Source: Callorhinchus milii (Eukaryota). Taken from it: DNA of 64,000 bases. A model generated the notes under the pieces. The model ran no database searches and was not told where the DNA came from. It saw only the letters and a list, made by a program, of their open reading frames with translations. Made by a program: the position numbers and the translations under genes. The stretch spans positions 6,138,001-6,202,000 of the forward strand of contig NW_024704750.1 in assembly GCF_018977255.1 (NCBI RefSeq), written 5' to 3'. Positions 10,795 through 23,900 of the stretch are shown here, piece after piece. Positions within the stretch are counted from its first letter, which is position 1. Every line of letters starts with the position of its first letter.

Positions 10795-13411
10795 TCAATG
10801 GTGTGCTTGATTAGTGGGTGCTAGTAGGAGAGAAAAAATTTGAAAAGTCAAGCCCACCTCATTATGAATAAGTAATTTAATGAGCCTTACCAATAGCTTA
10901 TCTATTGACTACCTTGTTGTGTCTGGACACTGGACTGGCTGAGATCACCTGGGGTTATATACACGAAAGAAAGCTACATGTGTTATTTTTTTAGAAATAC
11001 ATGCCTATTGTGTGAGGCGGGAGGGGTGGGGGATGCAGGCTGAGAGAGGGTGGGAAGAGATGAGCGTGTCTGTCCTCCCCCCAACATGGCTGCAGAGACT
11101 TGAATTTCTAAACCGAAAGGGACACATCTGAATTGGATGCAAATAGCTTCAGTGGAGATTCATAGTTCACATTTGGAAATAGATATGTTTTAAACACCTC
11201 GTTATTCAATTTCAAGTGCTAAATGCAATAGAGTAGAACCCTTTTATAGGATTCACTTGTAAGGGGTGGACTCCCAACATTTACTTACACAAAAAATCCA
11301 AAGTTCAACTGCCATCTCAACGGCACTTCAAATGCCATTTGGCATGCAGGAAGACAAAATGACCAACTTCTGGGTCATCAGGTTGTTGCCAATGTCACTT
11401 TAGACATACTGAGTGGGCCTTCTGAAGAGCCAATGGTGTTGGCCATCTTTCTGTGTTCATTCATAGAGAATGCAAAGTGTCCCGTTTTAATGCTGATTTG
11501 CATTTTATAGACCCCACAACTACCACATTATAATGCACATTATTCAAGATTTAATGAAAGCTTAGCCTCAATATATTATTGAAAGTCACATAAAAAGGTC
11601 TCTACAAGTTTGATTGAGGGTGTTCACAGCAATAGTGCATTTCATAAATACAATGAAATGTTAAAAATAACAAGTACTTACTGCTTTTTACAGCTTTCTT
11701 ACCTGCAAGAAAATAAATACCATATTAGTGTAGTTTAAAACTGAAATCTCTACGCACAACAAATGGTAAATGAGGTACATAAATCACAATAACATCAAAC
11801 TTCAAATCAATCACATTATTTCAGGCCTTAATAGTGAGAATGGATATAGATAATCCTTAAAGCAAACTTTCTTCAAGTTGATCCAATGTATCACAGAATT
11901 AAGAATGTATGATACTTGAATAACTTCAACATTAACATTCCTGAAAATAAAATGTTGAAATTAATAAGATTTACTGAAGGACTGTGAGGAGGGAAGGATT
12001 TCCTGCATATTTATATGAAAAATAATGAACTTTTTCTTTCTCAAACTAGCAAAACATTAAAAGTTTAGTCTAATACTTCTTTCACATCTCAGTTATTCTA
12101 CAAAAGGTTTCATCAGCAATCCATGGATCATTTAACCTTCAAGGTGTGAGTTCACTGGGAAGTAATTAACAACACAACTACCACTACTAATTTTCATTTA
12201 CATAGGCCTTTCACACAGGAAGACTATCTCATAACTCTTTACAAAGAGTGAGAATCAGATTAGTGACTTCAAAAAGTGGGCTAAGACTGTAACCATTTTT
12301 TTCTCATAAAGTCTGCATATTTGGATATCTGCAAGTTTGTATTATAATTATTTTAGTGTTTACTCAAAAGTACTCATGAAAATTCCATAATATATACACA
12401 CATGTATATGTATATATATAAAAACATATATCCAGTATATATATACACACACACACACACCTGAGCTCATAGTATGTTGCAGTACCATCTAATGTTAGAC
12501 TGGCAATGCACTTTTCAATTCTCCATTTGGAGAATGTGAGCTATAACAAGTGGAGATCGCAGCAACTCATAGGTTTGAAAAATTACTGAGAACCTCATTA
12601 CTTTATGAATCTTAAAGTAATTATGCAGAGAGGGAAACTGCCAGAGATCTCAATTTCTGCAGCAAGGTGGGAAAATCAATTCTACAAAGGTTCCCATTCT
12701 TCATATTGCGATTCTCCCACAAAATACACAGCCAATTTGATTTACAATATTTCCTGTGAAGCGCTTTGAGAGACATCTGAACGATATAAGGCGTTATATC
12801 AAATGCATGGACTATTATTATGATTACTATGCAGCAATCTCAGTGAATATGTGAACACTGGACTTCCAGTGGACTGGAGTGCAATGCCTTCCACAATTAA
12901 ATAGCCTGCTGACAATCACTGTCTAATTTCACACATTAAGAAAAGACAGCTTAGTTAAGATATTTAGGGTTCCGGCACCTCTGAACAGAATTTTATAAAA
13001 ATCAGCATCTTCTGGAGAGGAGAGGGGTTTATTCACTTTACAGTGTGTTCTGTGAAGCGCTTTGGGACGTCCTCCCGACGTGAAAAGCGCTCTATCAAAA
13101 TGCAAGGGTTATTATTATTATTATTATTATTGACATACAAGTCCCAGATGNAAAAAAAACCGGGGGTACGAAATGTCACAAATCGAAAACCCTACAAACG
13201 TATTAACGATCGCACATTATTCAACAGAAACGAGAAGCTGCAAATACGTAAAGAAAGACACTTTCGCACTTCTTTGCGGATACCCACCGCCATATGACAA
13301 CTTGTAGTAGAGGAAGGTCATGATGGCTATACCAGGCCATATCTCCGGGTAGGCGCGAGTATAATAAGGCTTCATTCTGGTCCACCACTCGGAAATAGCT
13401 CGACTCACCAT
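10795..13411 (-). CDS. ATP5MJ: ATP synthase membrane subunit j (6.8 kDa proteolipid, MP68), 56 aa, 3 coding exons
   Basis: Exons 13411-13288 (124 nt; cag|ATG...G|gtgggt), 11702-11682 (21 nt; cag|GT...A|gtaagt) and 10820-10795 (26 nt; tag|CA...TGA) join in frame to MVSRAISEWWTRMKPYYTRAYPEIWPGIAIMTFLYYKLSYGGKKAVKSTPTNQAHH. The MKPYYT..Y.EIW.G motif and terminal HH match the human protein. Probable non-coding exon 1 ends at 13750 (|gtgagc). AATAAA on the minus strand at about 10680-10685. Confidence 0.93.
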
Positions 13412-14039
13412 CTGTGGGGACAGAACCACAGCTCAGGAGCTCAAGAAAAAAAAGATGACAAGAGCCGACACTTGTCATGACGGGAAAGGTATTCAAAAAA
13501 TGATTTTTTTTAAAAAAAATTATATAAAAAATACGCGGACCCAAATTTACTCATCAATGTGTGAGCGACACTTAACCACTCACATGCTCCTCCCCCCCCC
13601 TTCCCCTTCCCCACACACACCTGTATCCCGTGATACCGGGAAGCCCCGAGCCGCCCGCCCGCCCGCCCCGCGAACTGACACAAGGCCCGACCGTGCCCAC
13701 ACCTGCGTCTGAACCGGACTTGAAGAGGGAAAACGAGCGATTCGCTCACCCTCTGAACACCGCGCTGCCCGTTCCGCGGCTTATGTCAGCGAAAGGGAGC
13801 AGTAACTCACGCTGTTTCGCCCGGGGATCCGCTGCGGCTAAAGGAAGGTCACCACCGGTCGAGGCTGAACAAGGACTCTGCGATGTACAACGCCGACGAT
13901 CGTCGACGGGACGCAAGAGCTTTCAGTCCCAAGAACTGGCATCCAGGGAGAACCCCCCACAGCGCCACCTACCGGCAGCACCGACACTCCCGCAATGCAC
14001 GAACCCCCCCAAGCCTCCAATTTTAATGCTGCTTTGCGC

Positions 14040-14545
14040 CTCTGTAACAATAATAATTTGATCACGCAATCCATGACAGTTTGCGGGGCACCGCTACGCG
14101 AAATTGGCTGCCGCGTTTCGCCCACAAGATACACAGTCATTTCACTTTACAGTATATTCTGTGAAACGCTTTGAGACATTTCAAAGACATGATAAGGTGC
14201 CGTATCAAATGCAAGGATTATTATTATTATTATTATTATCATTATATCAGAAGGTGCCACTCTTCATTTTCACTTAAAAAAAACACAACTTGGATTTCTT
14301 GGATCCAACCACATGAACCGCAATGGTCCCTACTTTCTGGAACCTCCACCACACCTCTTCCTTCGCTTTCTTCAAGATTCGTCTCAAGACCTTCCTCTTC
14401 GAGTGTGCCTTTGGTCATCTTCCCACCCACCACCTCCTCTTTGTCCCCAACTCGGATGCAAGCGCTGGACTATCCAGCGCCTTGGAGCGTGCACCCGACG
14501 TGAAAGACGCGATAATTAAATGCAATCTGTCGTTGTAGTTGTTGA
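14040..14545 (+). mobile_element. SINE 3' half (14040-14240) followed by an L2 3' end fragment (about 14300-14545)
   Basis: Matches to the SINE body/tail and the L2 tail seen elsewhere in the window. Confidence 0.8.
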
Positions 14546-14574
14546 GAATGTTGTTGGCTCAACCGTAGAAGAGA

Positions 14575-14795
14575 GAAGACAGAAGTGGCTGGGAACAGGA
14601 GACTGATCAGGCAGCATCCATGGAGAGAGGAAAGTGAATTCACGTTTCAGGTCAATGACCTTTGATCAGACCCTTTTGGGTAGGTCATCGACCTCATTCA
14701 TTCACTTTCCCCTCGCCACACGTGCTGCCTGACCTTTGCTCCGTGTTCCCAGCTTTTATTTCTGCTTTTATTTCAGATTTCCAGCGTCTGCAGTA
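14575..14795. mobile_element. Imperfect palindromic repeat, probably Penelope-derived
   Basis: Arms GCTGGGAACA...TCAGGCAGCA...GGAAAGTGAA...AGGTC and ACCT...TTCACTTTCC...TGCTGCCTGA...TGTTCCCAGC, centred near 14675. Family assignment is from recall only. Confidence 0.55.
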
Positions 14796-14980
14796 TATAG
14801 ATTACGCCATTCACTCAACGAGCGATTAAGATACAGTGGTGCAGCCACCACGCGTGCGCAGTATACACCGCCACTTGGGCGCTCAAAACCGCGCGTGCGC
14901 ACGCGCAGCAGCCGCGCGTCGAAGTCCTCGCGCTCTCTCCGACGGTTTGATCGACCGACCGTTGGTCCTGACGGTTCAAA

Positions 14981-17900
14981 ATGATTAGGAACCTGACGGT
15001 GCAGCAGATCAATGACTGGTTCACCATCGGCAAACGCATCAGCAATGCCGAGCGACTGGAAGGAAAGACCGCTTCTTCGGCCGACGTGGGAGCCTCCCGC
15101 GCGACTCTCGACGAACCGAGCAGCCGTGAGGCGACGGCGGCGGCTCCACCACCACCACCACCACCGAACCGGTGAGCTTCACCGGGAGCGTGTCACCCAA
15201 CCGCAGGGTCGGGCCCGAGACCAACTGCGCTTCCGGTGGCGGACAGGGAACCCAACCGCCTTTGAAGAGGGGAGACTTGATAGCCGGGGAGACATCTTCC
15301 CCCCCTCCCGCTCTCCTTCCTCTCCCGCCCCACCCACACGGTGTAAAATGGATTCCGAACAACCGCTGAAGTATTCCCACATTTCTCCCATATGTGGTTG
15401 TTTCCCAATAAACCACACATGGTTTCAGTTGTCCCTCCCCTCGTTTAAGGAGATAACCGAAGTTAATTTCGGGGGATTTCTCGGTTGAAACAGATCATCC
15501 TCAACCCCCCCCACCCACCACACCACCACACACACACACACACAAGCAACCAACTAACTTCAGGTACTAATGAAGCTATTGCCAAAACACCTGATCTTAC
15601 CATTTTTTTTAAAAAAAGAAAAAGGCAGTCGGAGAATGTAGATTCACTAGAATTTGGGGCACGTGCTTCTGATTGCTAACAGCACGAGCCTGACAACTGG
15701 GAGGGAGGCCAAGTGGTGACTCCCTTGAGCTGGCCTGGCTCTTAACGCTTTGCTCTCAGCGGTCTCGGTTTAATGTTATCTGAAATTAGGCAAGAATGGT
15801 GCCTTCAGGTCCCCTCTCAACTCTCTACCCCCTCACTCACTCCCTCCCTCCCCTCCCCTCCCCCTGACCATTTCCCCCCCTGCTCGGGTCCTGGCCCAAC
15901 TGTCCAGCGCCTTGGGACGTCCTCCCGACGTGAAAGGCGCTCTATAAATGGAATCTTGTTGTTGTTGTTGTTGTTGTACAACCCTTTGGGTGGAGTGTGC
16001 ACACAATTTCTGACGCCCCACGCCCGTGCATAGGTGGCATGCGGAGACTTCGATGCACTTGAGCGTGGTAATGATGGACCAGACACCGAGCTGATCCAGA
16101 ATGAACCACTGTGAACGTGGTATTGTTTGGAAATGTGAAACGTGGTGCCGGTCATGTTCCAAAAAGTGTTATTCCATGTTCCAATTGCTAAGTGTATCTG
16201 TGGTCACTATTTGCTTTTGCGTGCCAGACAATGTTGGATCAGGAGCTGGCTGTTTTGGAGTTTGTGTGTTCAAATGAGGCACCCCACAGTACTTTCTGCC
16301 ACAAGGAACGTTCAATATTTTGGAATCTTAAAAGACTTGCTTGCGACTTTAATGATCTAAGTTAATTCCGAAGATACTGCAGTTTGTAGAATAGCTTGCA
16401 CAAATAATTCATTTGTACTCTTGGGGCGGGGGGGGGAATCTAAATGTTTCACAGGTGCGCGTTGAGATACATGTACAGACCACACGCATTGTGAATGTTA
16501 TAGTTTTACTAATTTTTAATCTATTGCTTCTCCATTACTGATAAATTACATACTACATATTATTACTTATTTGTAGACAAAAAATCCTGTTCCCTTTCCC
16601 CTTGTGAAAGTCTCAGTGGAGCAGTCACCTCTTGTGGTTGTCCGTATAGATGAGGTGCTTCTAGACATCTGCCAATGCCACCCTGAAGCTGGTCACTGAA
16701 AATGAATGGCAGCAGCTTGGAAAGTATTCTTCATTGGGTCAAGAGGTGCCTTATCTCTGTTCAGGGTCACTTCCCAACAGAATTGCTGATATTCAGATGA
16801 ATCACTGTACTGGGGTGAAATCAGACTTTTGATGCTGGTGAATTGGTGTTCCACTGCACTATTGCATTGCCAAACTATTATTATTCATTGTAAGCATTAG
16901 CGGAAGGATAGTATTGTGGAAGATTCCAAATTTTTTGCACTGCAGTTGGATACACATTGTGCAGACTTTTATCAACATAACTGGAAATAGTTGGGATCTC
17001 TTCTTTGTTTTCTGAAATCCGGTTGGAACTTTTACTCGATAGTCTAAATGTTAACATGTGTTTTTTAATCCATTGTTGAATGACTGTTCTTTGACGCTCG
17101 TCCTCTTCAGCAGTGTCAATAAATTCCTGCAGAACTTGCTTAAAAATATTGATGATTTGCTGAGGTACAGGCTCAGCATCTGCCCAAACTTCTCGAATCC
17201 TGTGTAAATGGGCAAATAAAAACAGTTAATGCAGTATGCAGTTTCTAACAGCAGTCTATCAGGGGCAAAATCAATTGAGAAATAAAAAGGCATTGCTGTC
17301 TAATATATGTATTATATATTTTAAAAAGTCTATTTCTGTAGGAAATTGCATCAGTTAATTTATCTAGTAATAACTTAAATTATGCCCAGATCTTTTTCTT
17401 GCCTTTGGCATTGACACATTAATTCATTAACTATGCCAAAACTGTAGTGTTTAGAATCATGTGATAACTCCATTGACATTATAGGATTTATGATTATTAT
17501 TTTCACTTTACAGATTAAAAACTTTTGCATTGCTTTATTCAAAGTTTACTTAAGAAGGTAGGCAGGTTATCTGCTCCTAGGTCTCTGTTAGTGTTATACA
17601 ATTGATTGATCAGGACCTATCAAAATCATACAGAACCACTCGATGGCTCAGTCCCTTAAAGCACCAACGTTTGACCTCTACAGATTATGGATTATCGCTT
17701 TGAAAGATTCTGAGTGAACTTCCATATGAAATAATTGTAACTGCTCAGTTAATTAATCTAGTGAATAGCTTGTTGAACTATTCAGACTGTTAAGTCCTTG
17801 ATTCAATCCCTGATTTGTGTTGACTAATAATAATAAATCTATGCATTTGATATAACACCTTATCACATCATTGTGACATCCCAAAATGTTTCACAGGATA

Positions 17901-20900
17901 TAGTGTCGTGGTGTGAAGGGATTATGTGGGCAAACGCAAAATAGCAAATTTGAGCCAGTGTGACATGAGACATTTGACCTCGACAGGTTGCTAAACATCA
18001 AAATTCAGATATTATTACTGTCAATTTGGTTGAGGCTCCTTGAAGGGATCCTAGCATTTGTATAAGTGTACGTTATTTACAAAGAAGAAAAAAGATTTCA
18101 GTGCCTTCATCAACAACAACAAGATTACATTTGTAATGTCAGGAGGACGTCCCAAGGCGCTGGAAGGTGAACAGCATTTCAGACCTGAGCTGGGGTCAGG
18201 GAGGGAGAAGGGAAGGGGATTGACCGATGGCATGATCGAAGAGCAGGGTTTTGAGGCAGGACTTGAAGGAGACTAAGGAGGGGGTGAGGCAATGATTGGG
18301 GGATGGAATTCCAGATGTTGGGGGCAGAGTGGCCGAAGGCTCTCCCGCCAGTGGTTGGGTGGGTTGGGGGATGTGGAGCAGACGGGAGCCGGCTGAGCAG
18401 AGGGAGCGGGTGGGTTGGTAGGGGGTTAGGAGGACGCAGAGGTATGGTGGGGGGAGGCTATGGAGGGCTTTGTAGGTGAGGATCAGGATCTTGAACTGGA
18501 TCCTCTGAAGGATAGGGAGCCAATGGAGTCGGGCTAGAATGGGGGAGATGGGGTCATGGAGTTTGGTGCGGGAGAGGACACAGGCTACATAGTTCTGGAT
18601 TATCTGCACTCTGTGGAGTGAGGAGATGGGAAGGCCGACAAGTAGGGCATTTGCATAGTCAAGCCTGGAGGTGATGAAGGCATGAACAAGAGTTTCAGTG
18701 GCCTGAGGGGTGAGGTAGTGGCGGAGTCGGGCAATGTTATGGAGGTGAGACAAGGCAGAGCAGGTCATGGCTTGGATGTGGGGAAGAAAAACAGTTGAGG
18801 GTCGAACAAGACACCTAGGTTCCTGACTGGCTTGGTGAGTTGAAGTGTGCAACCATGGAGGTTGATGCTGCCAGAGCCTGAGGTACAGAGGTGCTGGAGT
18901 GAGACAATCAGGAGGGCCTCAGTCTTCACATTCAACTGTAAGAAATTTGCCCTCATCCAGGACTTGATATCTGACAGGCAGTCTGTCAGGACAGCAGTGG
19001 TCCTAGAGTTGAGAAAGATAGAGTTGGGTGTCATCCGCATACATATGGAAGTTGACCCCATGTCTGCGGATGATGTCACCAAGGGGGAGCATGTAGATAT
19101 TAAACAGGAGAGGGCCAAGGACAGAGCCCCGGGGGACGCCAGACGTGACAGTGCAGGGGCTGGAGGAGAAACCAAAAGAGAGTTCAAATGAGAGTTCAGA
19201 GAATTGGAGAGCAAAACCTGTGGCTTTTTGTTAATAGAAGGGTCCTTTTCATTGTAATGAAATTCCAGCACAAAATGTGTACCTTTTGCCAGATGAAAGC
19301 TCTAAATATTATGCTAGTTTTGCACATGTGAAGGATAATTACCATTAAATGCTGGTGGCTAATTATTTAATTTAAAGGTGCTAGACAAGGCACATTAAAA
19401 AGACATGCCTTTGGCTGCTAAGAACAATTTGCTTACTCAAAATGTGATATTATCCATATACAGATTAACTGGAGTTTAAAATAATTAATCGTACCAATGA
19501 TGAAAGCCTAGTGTGATGGTACAGCCATTAATGCTTCAAATTGTTTTAATATGGAGTGATAGGGAACAGGCAAAGTACGTACCTATGATTGTCAAGCCAC
19601 CTTCTCTTATATACAGCGATTTTTGATATCAGTTGTGCTTTAAGGGTTAGCACTTAATCAAAGCAAAATGCTTTCCCATTTGTGGGGATGGGGGGGGTAG
19701 GGTTGAAAGGTGAATTATCCTAGACAGCTATTGAATACCTCATTGCTGGCAGATCAAGGGTAGTTTTGGCAACAGCAGGAAAACCTATTCCTTGCTTGAT
19801 GTCTGTCTGTTAAGTGGGACATTGAAGCCTTAGAAACTGGGGTGGTAAAAAAAAATTTAGACAAATCATTCCTCATCCTTATAATAAGTTGATAATGTTT
19901 CAAGGATTAATAACATATGGAATAAACTTATTAATTTAAAATAAAGACTCACTTGTACAGCACAATCTCAGTATCCATTGGGTGAATTTTGGAACACAGA
20001 AGTTGTAGCTGACTTTGTTCTTCAGGTGAAGTGCATGGTTTCAGACTCTGAGAGTTTTTCACCCAGTTACAAATTTTGCCAGTTTCCTGGATTTTCTGTT
20101 CATCTGTTGACATGTTGGCCAATCTTTGACATTCTTTTATTTGCAATGCTAATTCCATCATCAGAGGTTCAGTTGCCTTTTCCGATCTTAGTTTTTGGAT
20201 GGGACTGTGAGATTCATTCCTTGACCATTTCATCCATTCAAACAAAGACATTCTGTAATTCAAATGAAAGTAAAGAACATATTTTATTGTATTAAAATTA
20301 ACACATCAATTTAGAATTAGAGTATTTGGGATGTTAATGGAATCCATGCACACAAAATAGGTTTCTTGCCAAAGTGACAATTCTTTTTGTGTGATTCCTA
20401 CAGTGAGTGTTGGTAGGCTGTTTGACTGGGGAAAGGGAGAGTGGGGGATAGGGAAGAGAAAAGTAATATCTGGGTTGAGCCTTGTATGACGTTAACAAGT
20501 GCCTTTCCTTCAAGGTCACTGGTTAGTAATTAGGAGGAGGAAGCCTGATGAATGTTCCCTTTTCCAGCTTAGGGCATTGAGATCAGTCGCGGTACTCAAT
20601 GCAGCCCCAAATTCAGTTACTCAGTACAGACTGGAGATTATTGTGTCTGAATGGCTTAGTTTCATTTTGGACAATAAGTTTACCAGCTTATTATTGAAAT
20701 AAGATATGTTTGTTGTTGAAGTTATATGATTTATTGGATCCTTGGTATCTCAAAGATTTATTGAAATTCAAAGGGTATAAAGGTGATCAATTCAGGGTTC
20801 TATTGCTGCTAATCTCGGTTTGGCTGTATGAAGGTGATCTTGAAATGTGTAAAATGACATCCTTTTCTATTTACTTTCCCTCTCTGGGAAGTGACTGCCC

Positions 20901-23900
20901 TCAGGGCCCGTCGAAATGAATATAATTTACTAAAATCTGCCAAAAGTTTCATTTTGCAAGGTAGGGAGAGAGAACACTTTGTAGAATTAGTACCATATAA
21001 AATGGTACCACCACATTTATCCTTAATTACAACAATAAAACTTGCATTTATATAGCGCCCTTCACGCGGGGTAGTGTCCCGGAGCACTTGGTTAATACTT
21101 TAGCGCTTAATTATACTTTAGTCTGAATTTGTCTGCTTCAATGATGTCTGTCGTGGTAATTTTATCAACTTCGATTGTCACTGAATAATATGAATACTCA
21201 AAATAGCTTACCTTTTTAATTTGTCTCTGACAAGCAAAATGTCTTGAAAGATGTTACTAATCAGAGTCTTCTGTATAAAGCAGGAAGAATTATCACCGTT
21301 GTTGACCGATAGCTTCCAGTTAACAACCTTTTCAAGGGAATAAAAATCTTGTTCTGTTGAAAAATAACTTGGTCCTTGCTGCCTATACCATTTGGTACTT
21401 CCAAGTCATTGAAAGAAATGTGAATTCTGAACTCATTTCAGCCCCTGAGCCATGATCTGTAGACCTACGTGCAAGACTTCTTGTGAGGTTTTTGTTGTTG
21501 TGGAGAGCGTTATTGCTAGCAAGTGAATTGGAAGTGAATGTGTGTGTCATACAATAATGAAGCATAATGGGCACAGATGTGCCCACAGGGACAGCAGCTT
21601 TATTCAGTTTGTTTCAGCTTTTCCATCTTGAGTCACTGAACTTTCAAACCTGACTTTAGATATATTTTAGCATTAAGGATATTCGACATAGTCATGTCTA
21701 AATTATGAGTTCAAAAGTGAATGAGAATGACAGTTTTACATTCAAAACCTATATATGTTTTTAAAAGGTTAAAACATATACATATATGATGTATTGACAT
21801 CTAGCACAGGCACGATTTTATGCAAGTTGGAAAAACAAATTGTAAAAAAAGGTAGAAGACATGATGAGATGCCAGTGACTTCCAGTGACTGATATTGTTA
21901 AATATCAGAATATTTTGTTAATCTCAATACTGAATATTTTCTGAGTCTATTTTCCATTATTAGTCACAACTATATTTGTTTGAAGTTTGGATTAATTCTT
22001 CTGGAATTTATTCAACTATTTAAAGTTTCCATTCATGTTCTTCTTTCTCTTCCATTATGATGAGGCGTGGCAGGCTTTTGTCACGAGGTATGATAGTAAT
22101 CTAGCCCAAAATTGTTTAACCATTCTTTAACCTCTTCCCCCTTCCCAATGGCAAGTAACATGGTTTATTTTTGTGGTGTGTTAAAGTGGCAGTTGTGTGT
22201 ACTCTGCTTGTGTATTTAAGTATTTAAAAGAAGCTAATTCCCTCCTTGCTTGTGTTAGTACAGTATATTGGTATACATAGAGTTGAATTTCATGAACTAA
22301 GTTGACATTAATTTATCTTTTTGTGCTCCTTTCATGATATTCCCCAGAGTGAGATCAGATACTGCAAGATGTTCTTGTCTAATGGTGCAGCTCTTATACT
22401 TCTGGAGTCCTGTAGCTCAGTGGTTAGAGCACTCGCTTTGCAAGCGAGAGACCTGAGTTCAATTCCAGACAGGTCAGGGCGAAACCTTGGGCAAGTTTCC
22501 TTATATCTAGCTCTCATATCTAGTGAGCTGTGACAAGAATACCTCTCCACTCCTGTGTTGATTTTTCTCATTAAACTCATTTGTGAATTTTGTTGGTTTA
22601 TATCTTTATTTCGTTGGGATCTGACTAGCAGACCAGCAATTATGTATGGAAGTAATTAACCTACTGAATAGGATTGAATCAAATTGCACTTCGTCATGTA
22701 ATATCAGACCTGTAGTACATTTTTGTAAGGAGAACGTCTGACATTTAGAAATTGGATATAGATCAGATTTCATTGAGGTTTTAGTGTTTTACATTTATCT
22801 TTCCAAAGGCAGATTGATTTAAGATTATTTTTGTGACATTGATAAAGACTCTAAATATAGGAAAGATTTAATCTGACCTTCAAAATGTATTTTTTAAAAT
22901 AAGTCTGGGTGAATTCAATTCAAATAAGTAGGCCCTTGAGCACTCATTATGATTTTCTTCCACAATTCAATGTCACTGAATCAAGTGAAAGCCAAGAGAG
23001 ATGTACTGCTATTTATGGAAAATGTTAGACAAACATTTTCTCTGCAAAGGTCTAGAATGCCCTGAAATACCCCTACGTTCAGCAGTGCAAGTGTCTTAGT
23101 GTTCATTGTATTTGCCTGAAGCTAATTCTAAAAATTTCAGTCCGCAAATGCTGCCTAAAGACATCGTGAAAGCATCTGACCTGAATTTGTAAATCAGTGT
23201 TGCGCACTTTTAATGCAGTTCCTTCTAGTACTGAATATGTAGCCCTAGGTGACAGAAAATTCAAAGTGAACAGGAAAATTAGAATGCACTCGCTCGTGTG
23301 TTTTGTGTTTGTGAGAGGCAAGTTAAATGAATACCTTTTTTCTTTAACTAAACTGTACATTTGTTGTTTCTTATGTTTGTAAGTGTGTATCTAGATAAAA
23401 GATTATAGAGATTGTGATTGCCTTGGTCAAATATAATCTAAGTGGCTGCATTGTCTTTAAGATTTGGACATATATTCCCTCCAATTGTATCAAACTGGGT
23501 CATTTACTTTTTAAGTGGAGTAATTTTAGTCTTCTTCAAATGGATATACTACTTCTAAGAATATTGGTTTTAAATGAGTGGAATGAAAGAAATTATTCCT
23601 GTTTCTTCTTCATTCCTGATTAAGATGATCATAGTGGATAATGGACACAAAGGCAATTTAGATAGTTTAGAAGTATCAATTGCAGACATTTTACTGTTAA
23701 TTTCCTATTTATGGTCCATGGTTATAGCAGCATTATTAAAATGGTTAAGAGTATTCTGCTACAAGGAAGAAATTAAGCCCTTTGTTATTGCAGGTGAAAA
23801 GTGATACTGCATTCTCATGGTAAAGGGCTGAAAATAACAACTAAAGAGAAGTACGGATTCTGGGATTGAGATGATAAATCATTCTTCTACAAATTTTGGA

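Larger units (their letters stand above)
13600..15300. promoter_or_regulatory. Head-to-head promoter region of ATP5MJ and TDRD9 (two CpG-rich blocks separated by repeats)
   Basis: CpG-rich at about 13600-14000 and 14820-15300. NRF1-type motifs at 14851-14860 and 14891-14906. MYB-type CAACGG on the minus strand at 14959-14964. Confidence 0.7.

Noticed and set aside
13151-13151. Ambiguous base n (another at 38620)
   Set aside because: Both lie next to homopolymer runs in introns; assembly uncertainty rather than biology.
16560-16880. Exon-like base composition downstream of the RD3L stop
   Set aside because: RD3L ends in TAA TAA TAG; other frames give only short unrecognisable peptides. Treated as 3' UTR.
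17636-17825. Faint tRNA/LF-SINE-like heads (similar traces near 20530-20670 and 54840-54930)
   Set aside because: Too degraded to assign by eye.
18196-18852. 218-aa ORF, the longest in the track
   Set aside because: A frameshifted piece of L2 ORF2, not a host gene or an intact element.
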